This document shows positions 1 through 11,279 of a stretch of DNA of 64,000 nt, in pieces. The position numbers were made by a program, and so were the translations under genes. The notes under the pieces were generated by a model. It had not been told where the DNA came from. It did not search any database and worked only from the letters and a program-made list of their open reading frames with translations. Source of the stretch: Hyphochytrium catenoides (lineage: Eukaryota; Protista; Hyphochytriomycota). The DNA lies in assembly GCA_900088475.1 (NCBI GenBank), contig FLMG01000787.1, positions 1 through 64,000 of the forward strand, written 5' to 3'. Every line of letters begins with the position of its first letter. Positions within the stretch are counted from its first letter, which is position 1.

Positions 1-154
1 GCTAGCCGCTGGTTCGCTGACAGTAGGGCACTCATCCCGCTAAGATTGAGGATATCAGGCCTTCTAATATTGCCGTGGGGCGAGCTAAGCGGTAGCCCAA
101 GTTCCGACTGCCAGCTTATAGTTCTTTCGGTCACCAGCTAAAGGAATTCTGGTA

Positions 155-1241
155 GTGAAAGTCTCTCCGCCCCACAGGCCGCTCGTTCACCGCTATGCAT
201 GTGACAGCCATTTATCTAAGGTCAGAGCCATGGCCCCAGGGCTTGAAGCTTTTGACCTCGTTACGGATCATGAAGCCCTAGGTCTGACGCTCTACAGGTC
301 ACTTGCCCAACCACTGGCAGGAGCAAACATGGAGCCTTGAGCCCCCATGCAATTAATAGTAGCGGCTGCAGCAGCATCCTCCTGTCACCTGCTGAGAAAG
401 CCAAAACTTCTACGACACAGTACGATAAGATGACCTTTCGCATAAGCCATATTCCTGATCATACGCTAGTTATTCTATACGAAGTAATCCTGCGCCGTGG
501 ATGATGAAAACTGTGGTTATTAGTAGTAGTGCATTAGATGAGCTTCAACCATAGAGCTTCTTTCTCTTCCCTCCGGCATCGCGCTCAATCTTCAGTACTA
601 TGATGGTCAGTTGGCCCCGTAAGTAGTTGGCGGCAGCGCTTATCTTGCTACTGCCTACTAACTCGCTACAATTTAGAGGAAAACCTCCTCCTGATTGTGT
701 ACTACATGCGCTCCGCCACAGTAACTATGGCCGTGTTCCTGGTCAGAAGAGGACATCTGCCTTGGCTTATTCTCAACTGGCAGGATCTTCTTCTGAGGAG
801 AGGAGAGAGAGGAGGCGTCACACTTTCCATTTTCTCTGAACCATAGATGGATTAGAGATTATGAAGGGAAGATGTTTCTGAGAAGTGAACAGCGTGTAGG
901 CTAACCTCTTAGTGCAGCTACCCATTCCCGAACAAAATGAGGCGGCATCTTCTCCTTCATCACACCTGAGTTTGAAGCGTTATGCACTACTAAATAAGGC
1001 CCTAGGTCGACACACACTCCGCCGCCGGAGTAAGCTAGAAGATTAGCTAATAGCAGATTACTTCTTCTACAAGCTCTTCAACCCATGACAAAGCACAATA
1101 TATTATGGAGAGACAGTAAGTGCGCGGGGACGTCCTCCTGATCGTGCCATGCAGAACAAACTCCTTGCCAGCGCACAGCCCGCCATCGTTGATTAACAAC
1201 CGCGATGATCAGGCCCTTTCTACCTTGTTGAGCGCATTGGT
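155..1241 (+). mobile_element. Degenerate Ty3/gypsy LTR-retrotransposon pol remnant (RNase H to integrase C-terminus)
   Basis: Three motifs in the expected order on the + strand but in different frames and broken by stops: FDLVTDHEAL (251-280, RNase H F-x-L-x-TDH-x-x-L), FRISHIP (436-456, F-x-I-x-HIPG-like) and PR*SGPFYLVERIG (1200-1241, integrase PRWxGPF with TGG>TGA). The element probably continues left of the window. Confidence 0.55.
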
Positions 1242-2040
1242 CTCTATGCCGAAGCTATGCGTGGAAGATAACACTTGGTCCCGGGTCCATGGAAGGATCG
1301 TTTCCACTGTGTGTTTGTTGGTCCCGCTTGTAGATGACCGTCGTATGGAGCCATCATTAGACAACAGCTGGTTTTGCCCGAGGAAGCGGTGAATTACCGC
1401 CCCTCAGAACCGCCAACTGAGAGGGTCTAGAGCGTCATGATCTCCCAGTAGAACTATACGGAGTCGCTTTGCTATATTTGGCACGCTTGGGAGCGGACAG
1501 AACTGTGCTTCTCGATACACATAGATGTTGTTGTTGGGTCTAGTACTGGGCCTTCGACCATCGCCATCATCCAGGCCGTCGAGCTCTTCGGCCTCGGCAT
1601 CTCCTCAATGGGTAAGGCCCTTTTTTTCTCCTGTCTCCCCATCTTCCCGCCCTCGAGAGCATCTTCTCCTGCTCATTATCCGATTGATGAGATGAGCGGA
1701 GGGAGGAGGAGAGGGAAGTGAGGAAGAAGGTGTCGTCTGGGCATCCTCATTCATTCACAGTAGGAACCTTGGTGGGAACTAAAAAAGGAGAGTTCATCAT
1801 CATCAGGAAAGCAACTGTTCATCAGCAACGACCACCAACCTAATACACAGCTACTCAACTAGCCGATAATAGCGTCATACACCTAATGTACAAAAAACTG
1901 AGCCTAAGTTTCTTCTCTTGTCGAAGTTGGGAGATTGACATGGGCACTATAAAATTGCGTCAATTACCCGAATTTAAAAAGTACCTGATCCCGCTACCTT
2001 CAGTATTTCTGGCGGGGGGACCTACAGACTAGGGTGGGGG

Positions 2041-2276
2041 TGACGTAAGTGTAGAGGTAGAGACTTAACGCTGTTGCATCTCAAGGGAGAGACGTCTATG
2101 TCCTGGGTGGGGCTTTCCCTGCTGATTTTTGAGCTATCATGGCTTTCTTCAAAATTCGAGAGAGAGAGAGCGGGAGAGAGCGAGAGAGAGAGCGAGAGAG
2201 AGCGAGAGCGAGCGAGAGAGAGAGAGCGAGAGAGAGAGAGAGAGAGCGAGAGCGAGAGAGAGAGCGAGAGAGAGAG

Positions 2277-2317
<41 letters not shown>

Positions 2318-2588
2318 ATGAAAGAGAAAGTGAGCTAGTGACAACCAGAGAGGGAGAGAGCAAGAAAGAGAGGAGGAGATTTGGAAGGGAGACAGAGGCT
2401 GGGAGAGAGAGAGAGAGAAAGGGGAGATGAAGCACAAAGCCCAAGCGTTGCTGGAAACACAGGCCGACATTCATAAGAACTCTGACCCACAGCTTTCTGA
2501 GCCGCAACGTGGACTGTGGAGGTTCCTCTTTCCGCATTTTACTTCCCTGTGCTCTACATAGATAGCACTACTGCTGGCCACCGCGTCA
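2041..2588 (+). mobile_element. Putative 3' LTR of the gypsy remnant
   Basis: A PPT-like purine-rich tract AGGGTGGGGG (2031-2040) is directly followed by TGACG. A matching inverted end CGTCA lies at 2584-2588 (TG...CA, 5-bp inverted termini). It sits downstream of the pol motifs. No second LTR is in the window. Confidence 0.3.
2158..2430. repeat. (GA)n / GAGAGC microsatellite and purine-rich tract
   Basis: Near-pure GA repeat interrupted by GC at 2158-2316, continuing as a purine-rich tract to about 2430. Confidence 0.95.
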
Positions 2589-3078
2589 GCCTCTTCGCTG
2601 AGGACAGTCCTTAGCTGAAGAAGTTTCTTTTGTCATGCTCTAGCCTAATAGAGGTTACCCGCGGTGAAACTCAACAAGCGTCCAACTTTTAAGGGCAAGT
2701 GTGGCGTATCGTACGCTGACGGCGCCATCCTGGAGAGGAACGTGGACCGTGCGGTGGACAGGCTGTCAATCACCAAAGTTTTTGGCAGCCTCCTTCGCTC
2801 ATCTTCAGCGCCTCGCCGCCCTTACGGAGAAGGGGCAATCTCCTTACTACTTATAACAACTATCCTCCATTCCTACCTCTGTTTGGCCCACCGGTGATGG
2901 GGTTACAAGGTGCGCTGTCGGTCAGTGGTTCTTCTGCTCTTATCAGAGACACGGGCAAGAGTGAACCAGCTCGATGTGTTGATGTCTGCACCAAGCGCTG
3001 CGTAGAAAAAGACTGGTTGACTACATCGAAGACAGATAAGAGAAGCGGAGCGGGAACCCTTTAGCTATCAGGATTGAG

Positions 3079-6000
3079 ATGGAGAAATCTTCGGGAGGTG
3101 CTGCCAGGCTGGAGGATAGCCAGCCGACCGCCAATGCTCCACTCTGTCGGCGAAGCGGCTGCAACAACCCTGTCGAAGGGAACAAAACGCTATGTAAGAC
3201 CCATCTGCTGAAGAAGCCTAAATGCTCCGTTCTCTCATGCTTGGAGGAAGCAGCGTCAGGTGGTCTATGTGAGATGCATGGAGGATTTCGGCAAATGAGG
3301 CCCAAGTGCTCATATTTTGGCTGCCAGTCTACGTTCATTGTGAAGGATGGCCGCTGCAGCCTTCACATGCTTAGGGATGGGCCTCGGACGACGGAAATCA
3401 AGGCTAAGGAGCACCCAGGCAATGCCAAGCGGTGCGGCTTTTTTGGCTGTTGCAACGTTAGTGGGGAAAAGGGCTTGTGCAAGCGTCACGAAAGCAAAGC
3501 GGAGAGATGTACCGCTACTGGTTGTGACTGGCCAGCCATTAAAGACAGCTTGTGCTCCAGACACGGTGGAGGAAGTTCCGCCCACTCGGCATTTGGGCGC
3601 AGGGCCAGCCAGCAGGATAGAGTCGACAAGCAGCCTAAGCAGCAAAGTCCTAGCCTGCACATGACAAAGGATAAAGCTGCACATCCCTTGACAGCAGCGG
3701 GGACGAAGAGAAATGTCGACAACAGTGCCACCGAGGCCTCTAACCGGACGGAAGCATCACGTGTCCCATGGAATCTCAGACCCCTCTGCACGGAGCTAGG
3801 ATGCCTTGACTACGCGACACAGGGCGATCAGTACTGCTCGCAACACAAGAAAGTGGACACCAGTTCCTGGTCAAATAGGAAAGTAGAGCTTCAAAGAGCA
3901 GCATCAGAGGAGCCATGCCAAGTAAATGGCTGTAAGAGCTCAGAAACGTTCGAGGGCTTTTGCTTGAAGCACAAGCCAGGCAAGAGAGAAAAGTGCTCCA
4001 TATCCGTCTGCAACTCAGAGGCTGTGAACGGCGATCTTTGTGCGGACCACTCAGACCTCGCCACTTCATCAACACTATGCAGCTCTTTGAGTTGCACAAA
4101 TCCAGCAGTCATCCATGGCTTATGCCGTCACCATCATGACATTGACAAAGAGTGTAAAAGTGGGCTTTGTACTTCTCAAAAGGGCTCCGGGTATTCATTA
4201 GCAACACCGCGCTCTTTGAGTGAATCACGGCCCGCAGCCAGTAGTGCAAGTAAGCAAAAATCTAGAGAGGCCGCAGCTTGCTTCATGGTAAATTGTCGGC
4301 AGCCTGTTAGGCAGCATGGTCTCTGTGCGTATCATCATGACGAACGGAGAGTGTGTCAGAGGTCTTCTTGTCGGAGCCAGGCCAGTAGCACCGAAGAGGC
4401 TGAAAGCCATGCAAGGACAGAAAAAGCTAATTCTAGTAGTGGACAAGAGGCAAGAAACACGATCAAGGATAGTCCTCCGAAAGGAATGAAGATAGGACCC
4501 GCTGAGATTAGTTCCAAATCCGCCCTGCCTGCACTTCAACAGCGTTCCGCAGGCATGACAGCCGAGGAAGCTGAGAAGGTTTCACTGGCCGAGCAGCAGG
4601 CTTCAGCAAACACTAGCAGCTGGGCTAGTAATCAGCCATTCTCTACAGCGGTACCGTCTGCGCGTATGGGCACCGACCGTCCAATAGAAAGGCAGCAGGA
4701 CAGAGAGAGAGTTGTACAGCACCCTGTTCTGGGCAACAGTTCCTCCCCAGCCAGTACAGATGATTATTCTAGGTCATCCCACGTGGGACCATTATCAGCT
4801 AAGCAGGGGGACGATGTTGTTGGCGCTAGCACTAGCAGGGAGAGCTCCACCAGTGGGGCTGGAGGAGCCCTGCTATTGTCAAACTCCGGCAGCATTGGTG
4901 CCCCTAACACATTAGGAGGAGGAGGAGACGTGGACCAGAAAGGTAACGCTTGGGCGTCACTTGCTGTTGGCCATGATACCAGTCGTACCACCACGTCTAC
5001 GTTAGGAGATAATGCACCAACTCCTCGTGCCGCCTCCCTGCAACATGGTGTTCAGAGACCTTCTGCCCCAGCCGAAGGGGAAGCACTTCAAAATCCCGTA
5101 ACTAGTATGCAGTCTGATGGTAAAGAAGCTTCGAAGGAGTCGCCTAAGGAAGGGCTTCAGAAGCCTACCCCTTCAGGAGCTATTTCAGAGGATACTACGC
5201 AAATGCCTCCATCGGCTGATCCTCAGACAGGGCGGGTGCGCTTCGAGGCCTTGGATCAATCAGAGGTGACTTCTCAGGAACCTCGAGCGTCGGCATTCCA
5301 GACGTGGACAGAACGGCAGAGTGCTGATGATCGGATAAAACAGATAATGGCGAAGCTGAAGAACGCTCGTTTGGTGAGGAATCAAGGACCGCTAAGCGCC
5401 AATAGCAATGCCATGGACCAGCAGCAGACTATGACCTGGACTACGGGAGACGCTCTCCAGACTGCAGCCACCGGACTACCTCCTCCTCGAGACCCGAGGC
5501 TCAGGCAACGGGAAAGAGCAGCTGCAAGATCTGCATCTCACAGCGCTGCTTCTGATCACGGAGCTTCCGTAGACGATGCAGCTTCACGCAAACCTCCACA
5601 ATCTGCTGAGATTGGCCGCCAGATGTATGTGGAACCGGAAAACACCTTTCATGATGTTAGCATTTCCGCGATATCAATGGACTCCGGCGCCACATCCAAC
5701 AACCAAAGTCAACCCGGCCCATCACAGAATGCCAAGAAAGAGCAACCAACATCTTATCCACCGAATAAGGATGGTGAAACAAACGCTATTTCTCATGCAG
5801 ACAACGCGGACAAGCGTGGACGGGTGCAGCCTGTCGACAGATCTCAGATTAGGGAGCATAATCGAAGTGTTGGCATGACAGAAAAGGCATCGACTAGCAC
5901 TCAGCCAAGACAAGGAGAGAAGGTTACCAACGATAACCATGTGCTTTCTTCTGGGGAGCCTGACAAAAGTGCAGCCACAAGCAGCAAAACTGAGGGCAAT

Positions 6001-7896
6001 GACATTTCTCGGTCTCGGCGAGACATGGACGGTCGTGATGGAAGTTGGCGATCTTCTGATCAAGAGTTGTCTTCTAGGAGGCAGGATAGAACTCACGGTT
6101 CAAGACCAAGCGCATCACCCACCGCAGAGGAGCGTAGCCGCTACAAAGGCAGGGAAAGTACGGAGTACAACCGAGAAAAGGAGAGGAGTTCGTCGCGCTA
6201 CGCTGACTCTCCTGCTTATCGTGATGACCGTGATCACCGCTATAGCGGTGATGACCATGGCTATTCAAGCAAGGGCAGACACCGCTATGCCTATGAAAGG
6301 GACAGGGATGACCACTATAATCACTATCGAAGGGCGGACAGGGAGCGGTCTGTGTATGATGCCCGAGAGAGAAGAGCAGAATCCACGTCCGAGAAGGGAC
6401 TTGACAGTTCAAGCAGCTCTCGCCAGAGGAAGAAGGATTATGATAGCCAAGAAAGTAGCCGGAAAAGATATATGGAAGAGAAGAGCTCTAGGAGAAGTGA
6501 GCACAACGAGCGAAAGCCGGAGATGTCCCAGCCTAAGACTGCTGGAGGCATGGAAAGAAGACATATCAAACGGCCTCCCATTGCCCCAGGCAAGGAAAGA
6601 TCAAGTAAAGACTCACGAGATCATTCTTCGCTTCCTAAGGACTCAGCGGGAGATAAGCGCAACTCAATCACCACTGAATCCGCCAGGGATGATGCGAGGC
6701 GAGACAATAGCTCGTTGACAAGAAAATCACCGGACTCCAGAGAGGGAAGCAGTGCAGGTTCCGGCGCCATTACACAGTCCAATGAGCACCACGATACTTC
6801 TAATAGCTCAAAGGATGACTCTCGAAAAGCGGGGGAGACTATCAGGTCCGAGAGGTATCCTGAATCAGAGCCAAATGACTCTAGACCTAGAGATCAAGGA
6901 ACTGATGAAGAGCGACGGCGGGCGCTGAAGAGGTTGAGACGGGAGAAAGAAAGGAGACAAGAAGATAAAATGTCTCAGGACTCAAACCAAGTTAACAACG
7001 CCAAGCATCAAGAGCCTTCTATTTCCTCTGACAGCAGCAAACCTATGACGAGCCATAAGGAGCGCAAACGCGGAGCAGAAGAGAGCTCTATCTCTACGGC
7101 AGAAGTTGAAACTCCTACCAAAAAAGACGTCAAGCGTATCAAGCTGATTGACAAGGTGCGGCGGGCAGCATCTGATAGCTTGACACTACAATTGACAAAG
7201 AAGCCGACCCGCAGCCCAGAAGGGCCTGCAATACGGTCAAAGGAGAGACTACGACCAGAGAAATCAGATGTAGATACGGCTAAAGGAGGCCTTGAAGATA
7301 AGCGCAGGTCAGGTGCACTGCCCAGTCCCACCTCTCAGCAGCGCAACCTCCCCCCGGAAGAAGGGAGTTCATCACCCTCAACCCAAAAAGAGAAACGTGA
7401 GGAACAAGAAGTGGAGACGGGAGTACGGGGCGAACAATCTCTAGACACTCAGCGTCGCCCTTCGCTAAGCACCACCAAACACCCCTCTACAGAGGAGCAA
7501 GACAATGCAAGAGAGGGGCCCGTTTTGACCCCAACTGATGAAATGGAGGACACGGAGCCCAAAGCCGCCACAAGGCAGCGAGGAGCACAAGCCCCCCCTG
7601 CAGAGAGTCCGTCGGGTTCAGGGGTAAGTAATGATGGTGGTATGGCTCCTGAAGATCCTGCCACGTTGCTAAATGGAGCCCAGGAATCTAAGAGCAATGC
7701 ACCTGAGTCACTAGCCACTCTCCTGTCCAATACTTCGCTGATTGTGGCTTGGCGCATTGATTTTGATTTTGGCTCTGAAGAACGGCAACGGGAAGCTGGG
7801 TATCTGTGCTTGTTTTGCAGAAGCACGGCCGTCAGACATGGACTCTGTCAGAGGTGCTTGAATGATTATTCTTTGGACCTTAAGGTTCAGCTATGA
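3079..7896 (+). CDS. 1605-aa intronless protein: 10 N-terminal C-x4-C-x9/10-C-x2-H zinc-finger repeats (WRKY19-like/oomycete-type), long disordered S/R/D/E-rich region, C-terminal CxxC...CxxC unit
   Basis: 4.8-kb open frame. Repeats include CSVLSCLEEAASGGLCEMHGG, CTATGCDWPAIKDSLCSRHGG and CFMVNCRQPVRQHGLCAYH. The C-terminal unit is CLFCRSTAVRHGLCQRC. Confidence 0.9.
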   Translation: MEKSSGGAARLEDSQPTANAPLCRRSGCNNPVEGNKTLCKTHLLKKPKCSVLSCLEEAASGGLCEMHGGFRQMRPKCSYFGCQSTFIVKDGRCSLHMLRDGPRTTEIKAKEHPGNAKRCGFFGCCNVSGEKGLCKRHESKAERCTATGCDWPAIKDSLCSRHGGGSSAHSAFGRRASQQDRVDKQPKQQSPSLHMTKDKAAHPLTAAGTKRNVDNSATEASNRTEASRVPWNLRPLCTELGCLDYATQGDQYCSQHKKVDTSSWSNRKVELQRAASEEPCQVNGCKSSETFEGFCLKHKPGKREKCSISVCNSEAVNGDLCADHSDLATSSTLCSSLSCTNPAVIHGLCRHHHDIDKECKSGLCTSQKGSGYSLATPRSLSESRPAASSASKQKSREAAACFMVNCRQPVRQHGLCAYHHDERRVCQRSSCRSQASSTEEAESHARTEKANSSSGQEARNTIKDSPPKGMKIGPAEISSKSALPALQQRSAGMTAEEAEKVSLAEQQASANTSSWASNQPFSTAVPSARMGTDRPIERQQDRERVVQHPVLGNSSSPASTDDYSRSSHVGPLSAKQGDDVVGASTSRESSTSGAGGALLLSNSGSIGAPNTLGGGGDVDQKGNAWASLAVGHDTSRTTTSTLGDNAPTPRAASLQHGVQRPSAPAEGEALQNPVTSMQSDGKEASKESPKEGLQKPTPSGAISEDTTQMPPSADPQTGRVRFEALDQSEVTSQEPRASAFQTWTERQSADDRIKQIMAKLKNARLVRNQGPLSANSNAMDQQQTMTWTTGDALQTAATGLPPPRDPRLRQRERAAARSASHSAASDHGASVDDAASRKPPQSAEIGRQMYVEPENTFHDVSISAISMDSGATSNNQSQPGPSQNAKKEQPTSYPPNKDGETNAISHADNADKRGRVQPVDRSQIREHNRSVGMTEKASTSTQPRQGEKVTNDNHVLSSGEPDKSAATSSKTEGNDISRSRRDMDGRDGSWRSSDQELSSRRQDRTHGSRPSASPTAEERSRYKGRESTEYNREKERSSSRYADSPAYRDDRDHRYSGDDHGYSSKGRHRYAYERDRDDHYNHYRRADRERSVYDARERRAESTSEKGLDSSSSSRQRKKDYDSQESSRKRYMEEKSSRRSEHNERKPEMSQPKTAGGMERRHIKRPPIAPGKERSSKDSRDHSSLPKDSAGDKRNSITTESARDDARRDNSSLTRKSPDSREGSSAGSGAITQSNEHHDTSNSSKDDSRKAGETIRSERYPESEPNDSRPRDQGTDEERRRALKRLRREKERRQEDKMSQDSNQVNNAKHQEPSISSDSSKPMTSHKERKRGAEESSISTAEVETPTKKDVKRIKLIDKVRRAASDSLTLQLTKKPTRSPEGPAIRSKERLRPEKSDVDTAKGGLEDKRRSGALPSPTSQQRNLPPEEGSSSPSTQKEKREEQEVETGVRGEQSLDTQRRPSLSTTKHPSTEEQDNAREGPVLTPTDEMEDTEPKAATRQRGAQAPPAESPSGSGVSNDGGMAPEDPATLLNGAQESKSNAPESLATLLSNTSLIVAWRIDFDFGSEERQREAGYLCLFCRSTAVRHGLCQRCLNDYSLDLKVQL

Positions 7897-10574
7897 GAAC
7901 GAGTCGCGCGTACATTGTGTACCTGCGCCATGGCAAGATGAAGGCCTTGGCTACCGTCGTCTCAGGTGCGATTGCGGCTGTAGTTTGAGTGCCATGCGTG
8001 GGTAAGGTAGGCTTTTGTCCATCTGAAGCGGGCGTGGAGACTTACCTTGCTTTTGTCTATCTGAAGAGGTTGAAAACATAGCTCGCTCTTCGGTAGGCTT
8101 AGCGATGGGTGTGTGATTTAGTTGATAGGTTCTCTATTTATTGTGCGACTAGTCCTCCCTTGCATTTACTTCTGCGTGCCTTGCGTTTCTCTTCTGGCAG
8201 CAATATTAGGCGTACTACCTCCATGAAGTCTCCCTTCGCTCTGAAGCTATTCCCCTGACTTATAAACACGACCTGAAATCCGTCATTGTGCCCTTCAAAA
8301 AAAATACTCTTCCCACCCTGTGTAAATCTCTGTGCCATGGTCGGCAGCATGTACGAGTAATCCCCAAGCCTTTTGTCAATCCCGCTGCAGCCATCTGTCG
8401 CCTCGCCCACTTCCTCGCACAGCAGGCAACCATCATTCCTACAGTAGTACCGGTTTGCTAAGTCATGACGTACTGAAGGGGATAAGGGAGGCAGAAAAGC
8501 CATGTCTGGTGATTCTAAGTCAATGGAGAGCGGGTCAAGTAGCTCAGTGTTCTAGCCTAGACTCTCGGTTTCAAAATGGAGAAATCGACGGAGAATGCAG
8601 ACGAGTAGGAAGTGAAGCAAGGAGTGATCGGGTGTTTTGGCTGAGTGAGGATGAACTACGAAGAGTCGGTTGGTGCGGCACAAGTTACGAAATTTAAGCT
8701 TCTGTAACGTTTAAACTCACTACTATGAAGAAAGAGGCTCTTTAGGCGTGAAACACTGCCTCCTATCTTTTACCTCAATGCGCCTTGAAGCCAGAGCAGC
8801 TAGTCCAGCGAAACAAACTGAAGATACGATTGAAGCCGCAACTCCTTGGACTGTCGGCTGTTCAGATTGAATCCACCACTTTTGTTCATGAGAACAAGGG
8901 ACCGCCAGGCCACATAGGCACGTTGTTGCTGCTTGGCATGCGCTTTAAAGGGGAGGAGATATCTACGGGTTGATAACATAAGGACTAGTAGGCAGTGGTG
9001 AACGCTTGGAGGTTCGATGAACAACATGTAAGATGGTGCAAGCAACATGACGATGAATGATGAGTGGTTCCTGACTCAAGGTCGATACTAAAGAAAAATT
9101 CCAAGCATCCCCACGCGTAGTACAGGTGCTACGAGTTTCGTTCTACTACCATGCTCCTGTCATGCGGGAGTGCAGGAGAGAGTTTGTCGGGGTTTCAGCA
9201 GGGAAGAGTTTCGGGAAGGGTCGAGTTGGCTGGCTTACGATCTTCTCCAGAACTTTTTACCTGTTCTTGGGCGGGTAGAAGTCATTCGCCCTCCCTGATT
9301 GATATGAAACTTTTTTTTATACAAATAGAAATTTGTGCTTTCCTTCCCTCTCCCTCCTTTTCTTCAGCTGTTGACGTCGCTCGGACTGTCCTTTGGGATA
9401 TCGTCGTACGTAGTGCTGGCTCTGCTGCTCTACTACGCTTGAAGAGCTGCTTTGTCCAATGTGCTGTCCACTGTTGTCGCTGCAGCAGTAGAACTATAGG
9501 TAAAAAAAAGTTGAGACAATATTTACCAGTTCTAATCAGCCGTAGTTCTACTTAGATCGGGCAAGCAGGAGAGGAGCAGCCGGCCTTCTGGAGTCATTAC
9601 AGCTGCTAACAGCAACTCCCATTCAATCGCTCCACTGCAAGGGTATGGGTTTTCTCGCCTGGGCCGCTGCGGCTTCGTCATCATAATTATTAGCTGCTTC
9701 TTCGATCATCACTCATCACTCGTATCGTCGTCCATTACTTGCAGTAGATCGCCTCTTCTCCATTTACGACTATGTATTCCTCCGGACGGAGGGTTACATC
9801 ATAATACAGAGGCGTCGTTCTACGCCTCGACAGGACAATGCCAGCCATCAACAGTCGAGCCACTCGACACCGTCCGGTGCTGCTCCAGTCACCGCTTCGT
9901 CCAGACAAGATCGGCACAACTGTATCTTTCTACTATTTGTGGGTTTGTTGGTCCGCTGTGTGTGGGAATATCCATAAAACGGTAGTGACCAACCTGTCAA
10001 AAAACTGGATGAGGATTTGAAAGATTATCATTGCAAACGGCTTTCCTTAGTTTCTATCTATTGTACAGCGGTTCAGTTGTGATGACCTATCCTTCTTTCT
10101 TCCTACGAAATGTTAGCTTTACGTCCTCATTTAGGGAAAGGTCTTAGTCCAACGTATTCTGCATAGTAGCTTAGAAATAGGGCGATAAGGTAAATAAGAC
10201 CACAAGTTATTCTAGATCTGTAGACTTCTGGCCATTTCTCCACAAGTAGTTGGAACTCCATTTTTGGTGACAGCGGGTCCAAAACGAAGGTTTCGGGGGA
10301 ATGTTTCAGGGAAAAAATTGGTTTCTTCCCCACCCAGCCGGATGTGAGGGACATGAGCAGGGCTGTTTTTGCGACTATATTAGGATAAGATGGTGCTTTT
10401 GACATTGGGATATCAGTGTGGGTAAAGTATTACATAGACCTCATCTTTAGGTAAACCGTGGTCAGGTGTCTAGAATCCGACGTAAGAAGGGTAGATGGTT
10501 ATGTCGCTGCAGGGAGGAGGTGAGGATGCGAAGGGTGAGGGAAAGGGAGTTTCAATTGAAAAGTTCCGCTTTGC

Positions 10575-10875
10575 TCTAATAATTCTCTCACTCTCTCTTA
10601 TTTCATCTTCCTCAATCTTTCTCTAAGTTCATGCCTCTGTCTCTCGTATGTCAACCTAAATTATGTGAATCCCCTACATCCGCCTCTCAAACGTCTCTCT
10701 CTCTTCCTCTCTCTCTCTCTCTCTCCCTTCCGTTCTGTCTGCTGGTCTCTGTCTGTCTCTCACTTTCCTGCCATCATCCTCCGTCTCTCCTTGCCTGTCT
10801 CAGGACGCTCAATCCCCTTCTTATATATCGCGCAGATGATGTGCTCTTGACCCCTTCCTTCCTCCTCCTCTCACC
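10575..10875 (+). repeat. CT-rich polypyrimidine tract upstream of the GPCR gene
   Basis: Multiple (CT)n runs, e.g. 10694-10728. Confidence 0.75.
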
Positions 10876-11279
10876 TCACCACCCACAGGAAGAAGAAGGC
10901 CGCCGCCGCGAGGTAACTGTCCCACCTTGCCACCCAGTTCAATCTGAGCCCAAACAGTGCAGCTCTTCTTTTATCAAGAGGAAGGGAAGAGAGAAGAGTG
11001 TAGCGCTGTGTAGCTTCGACGCCGACGCAGTCAGACTATGCAAAAGGGAAGTAGTGGCAGTGTGAAGCAATTGGGCTGCGGACGAAGCTTTCGATTGTTA
11101 CTTGAATTAGCGGACATAGCAGCAAGTCGAAGACAATATTCTTTCACAGGTGGTGATTGAACAGGCTGACGCAGGCCTATTTAAGCACTCAATGACTGAT
11201 AGCATGCGAGACCGGCGATAGTGAGGTTCGCGCCTCGGGGACTGATCAATAAGGCCACTTACTTTGCTTGACCCGCAAG

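Noticed and set aside
1055-1700. Minus-strand frame interrupted only by TGA (possible readthrough, selenocysteine or variant code)
   Set aside because: It has no recognisable protein and is antisense to the decayed pol frame. All conserved genes here use the standard code, and TGA serves as a real stop (7896, 25618, 57066).
2022-2537. ORFs encoding ER/SL dipeptide repeats
   Set aside because: Translation artefacts of the (GA)n microsatellite, open in several frames on both strands.
5939-6718. 259-aa alternative-frame ORF, and many antisense ORFs inside long genes
   Set aside because: Shadow ORFs of biased-composition coding sequence, with no motifs.
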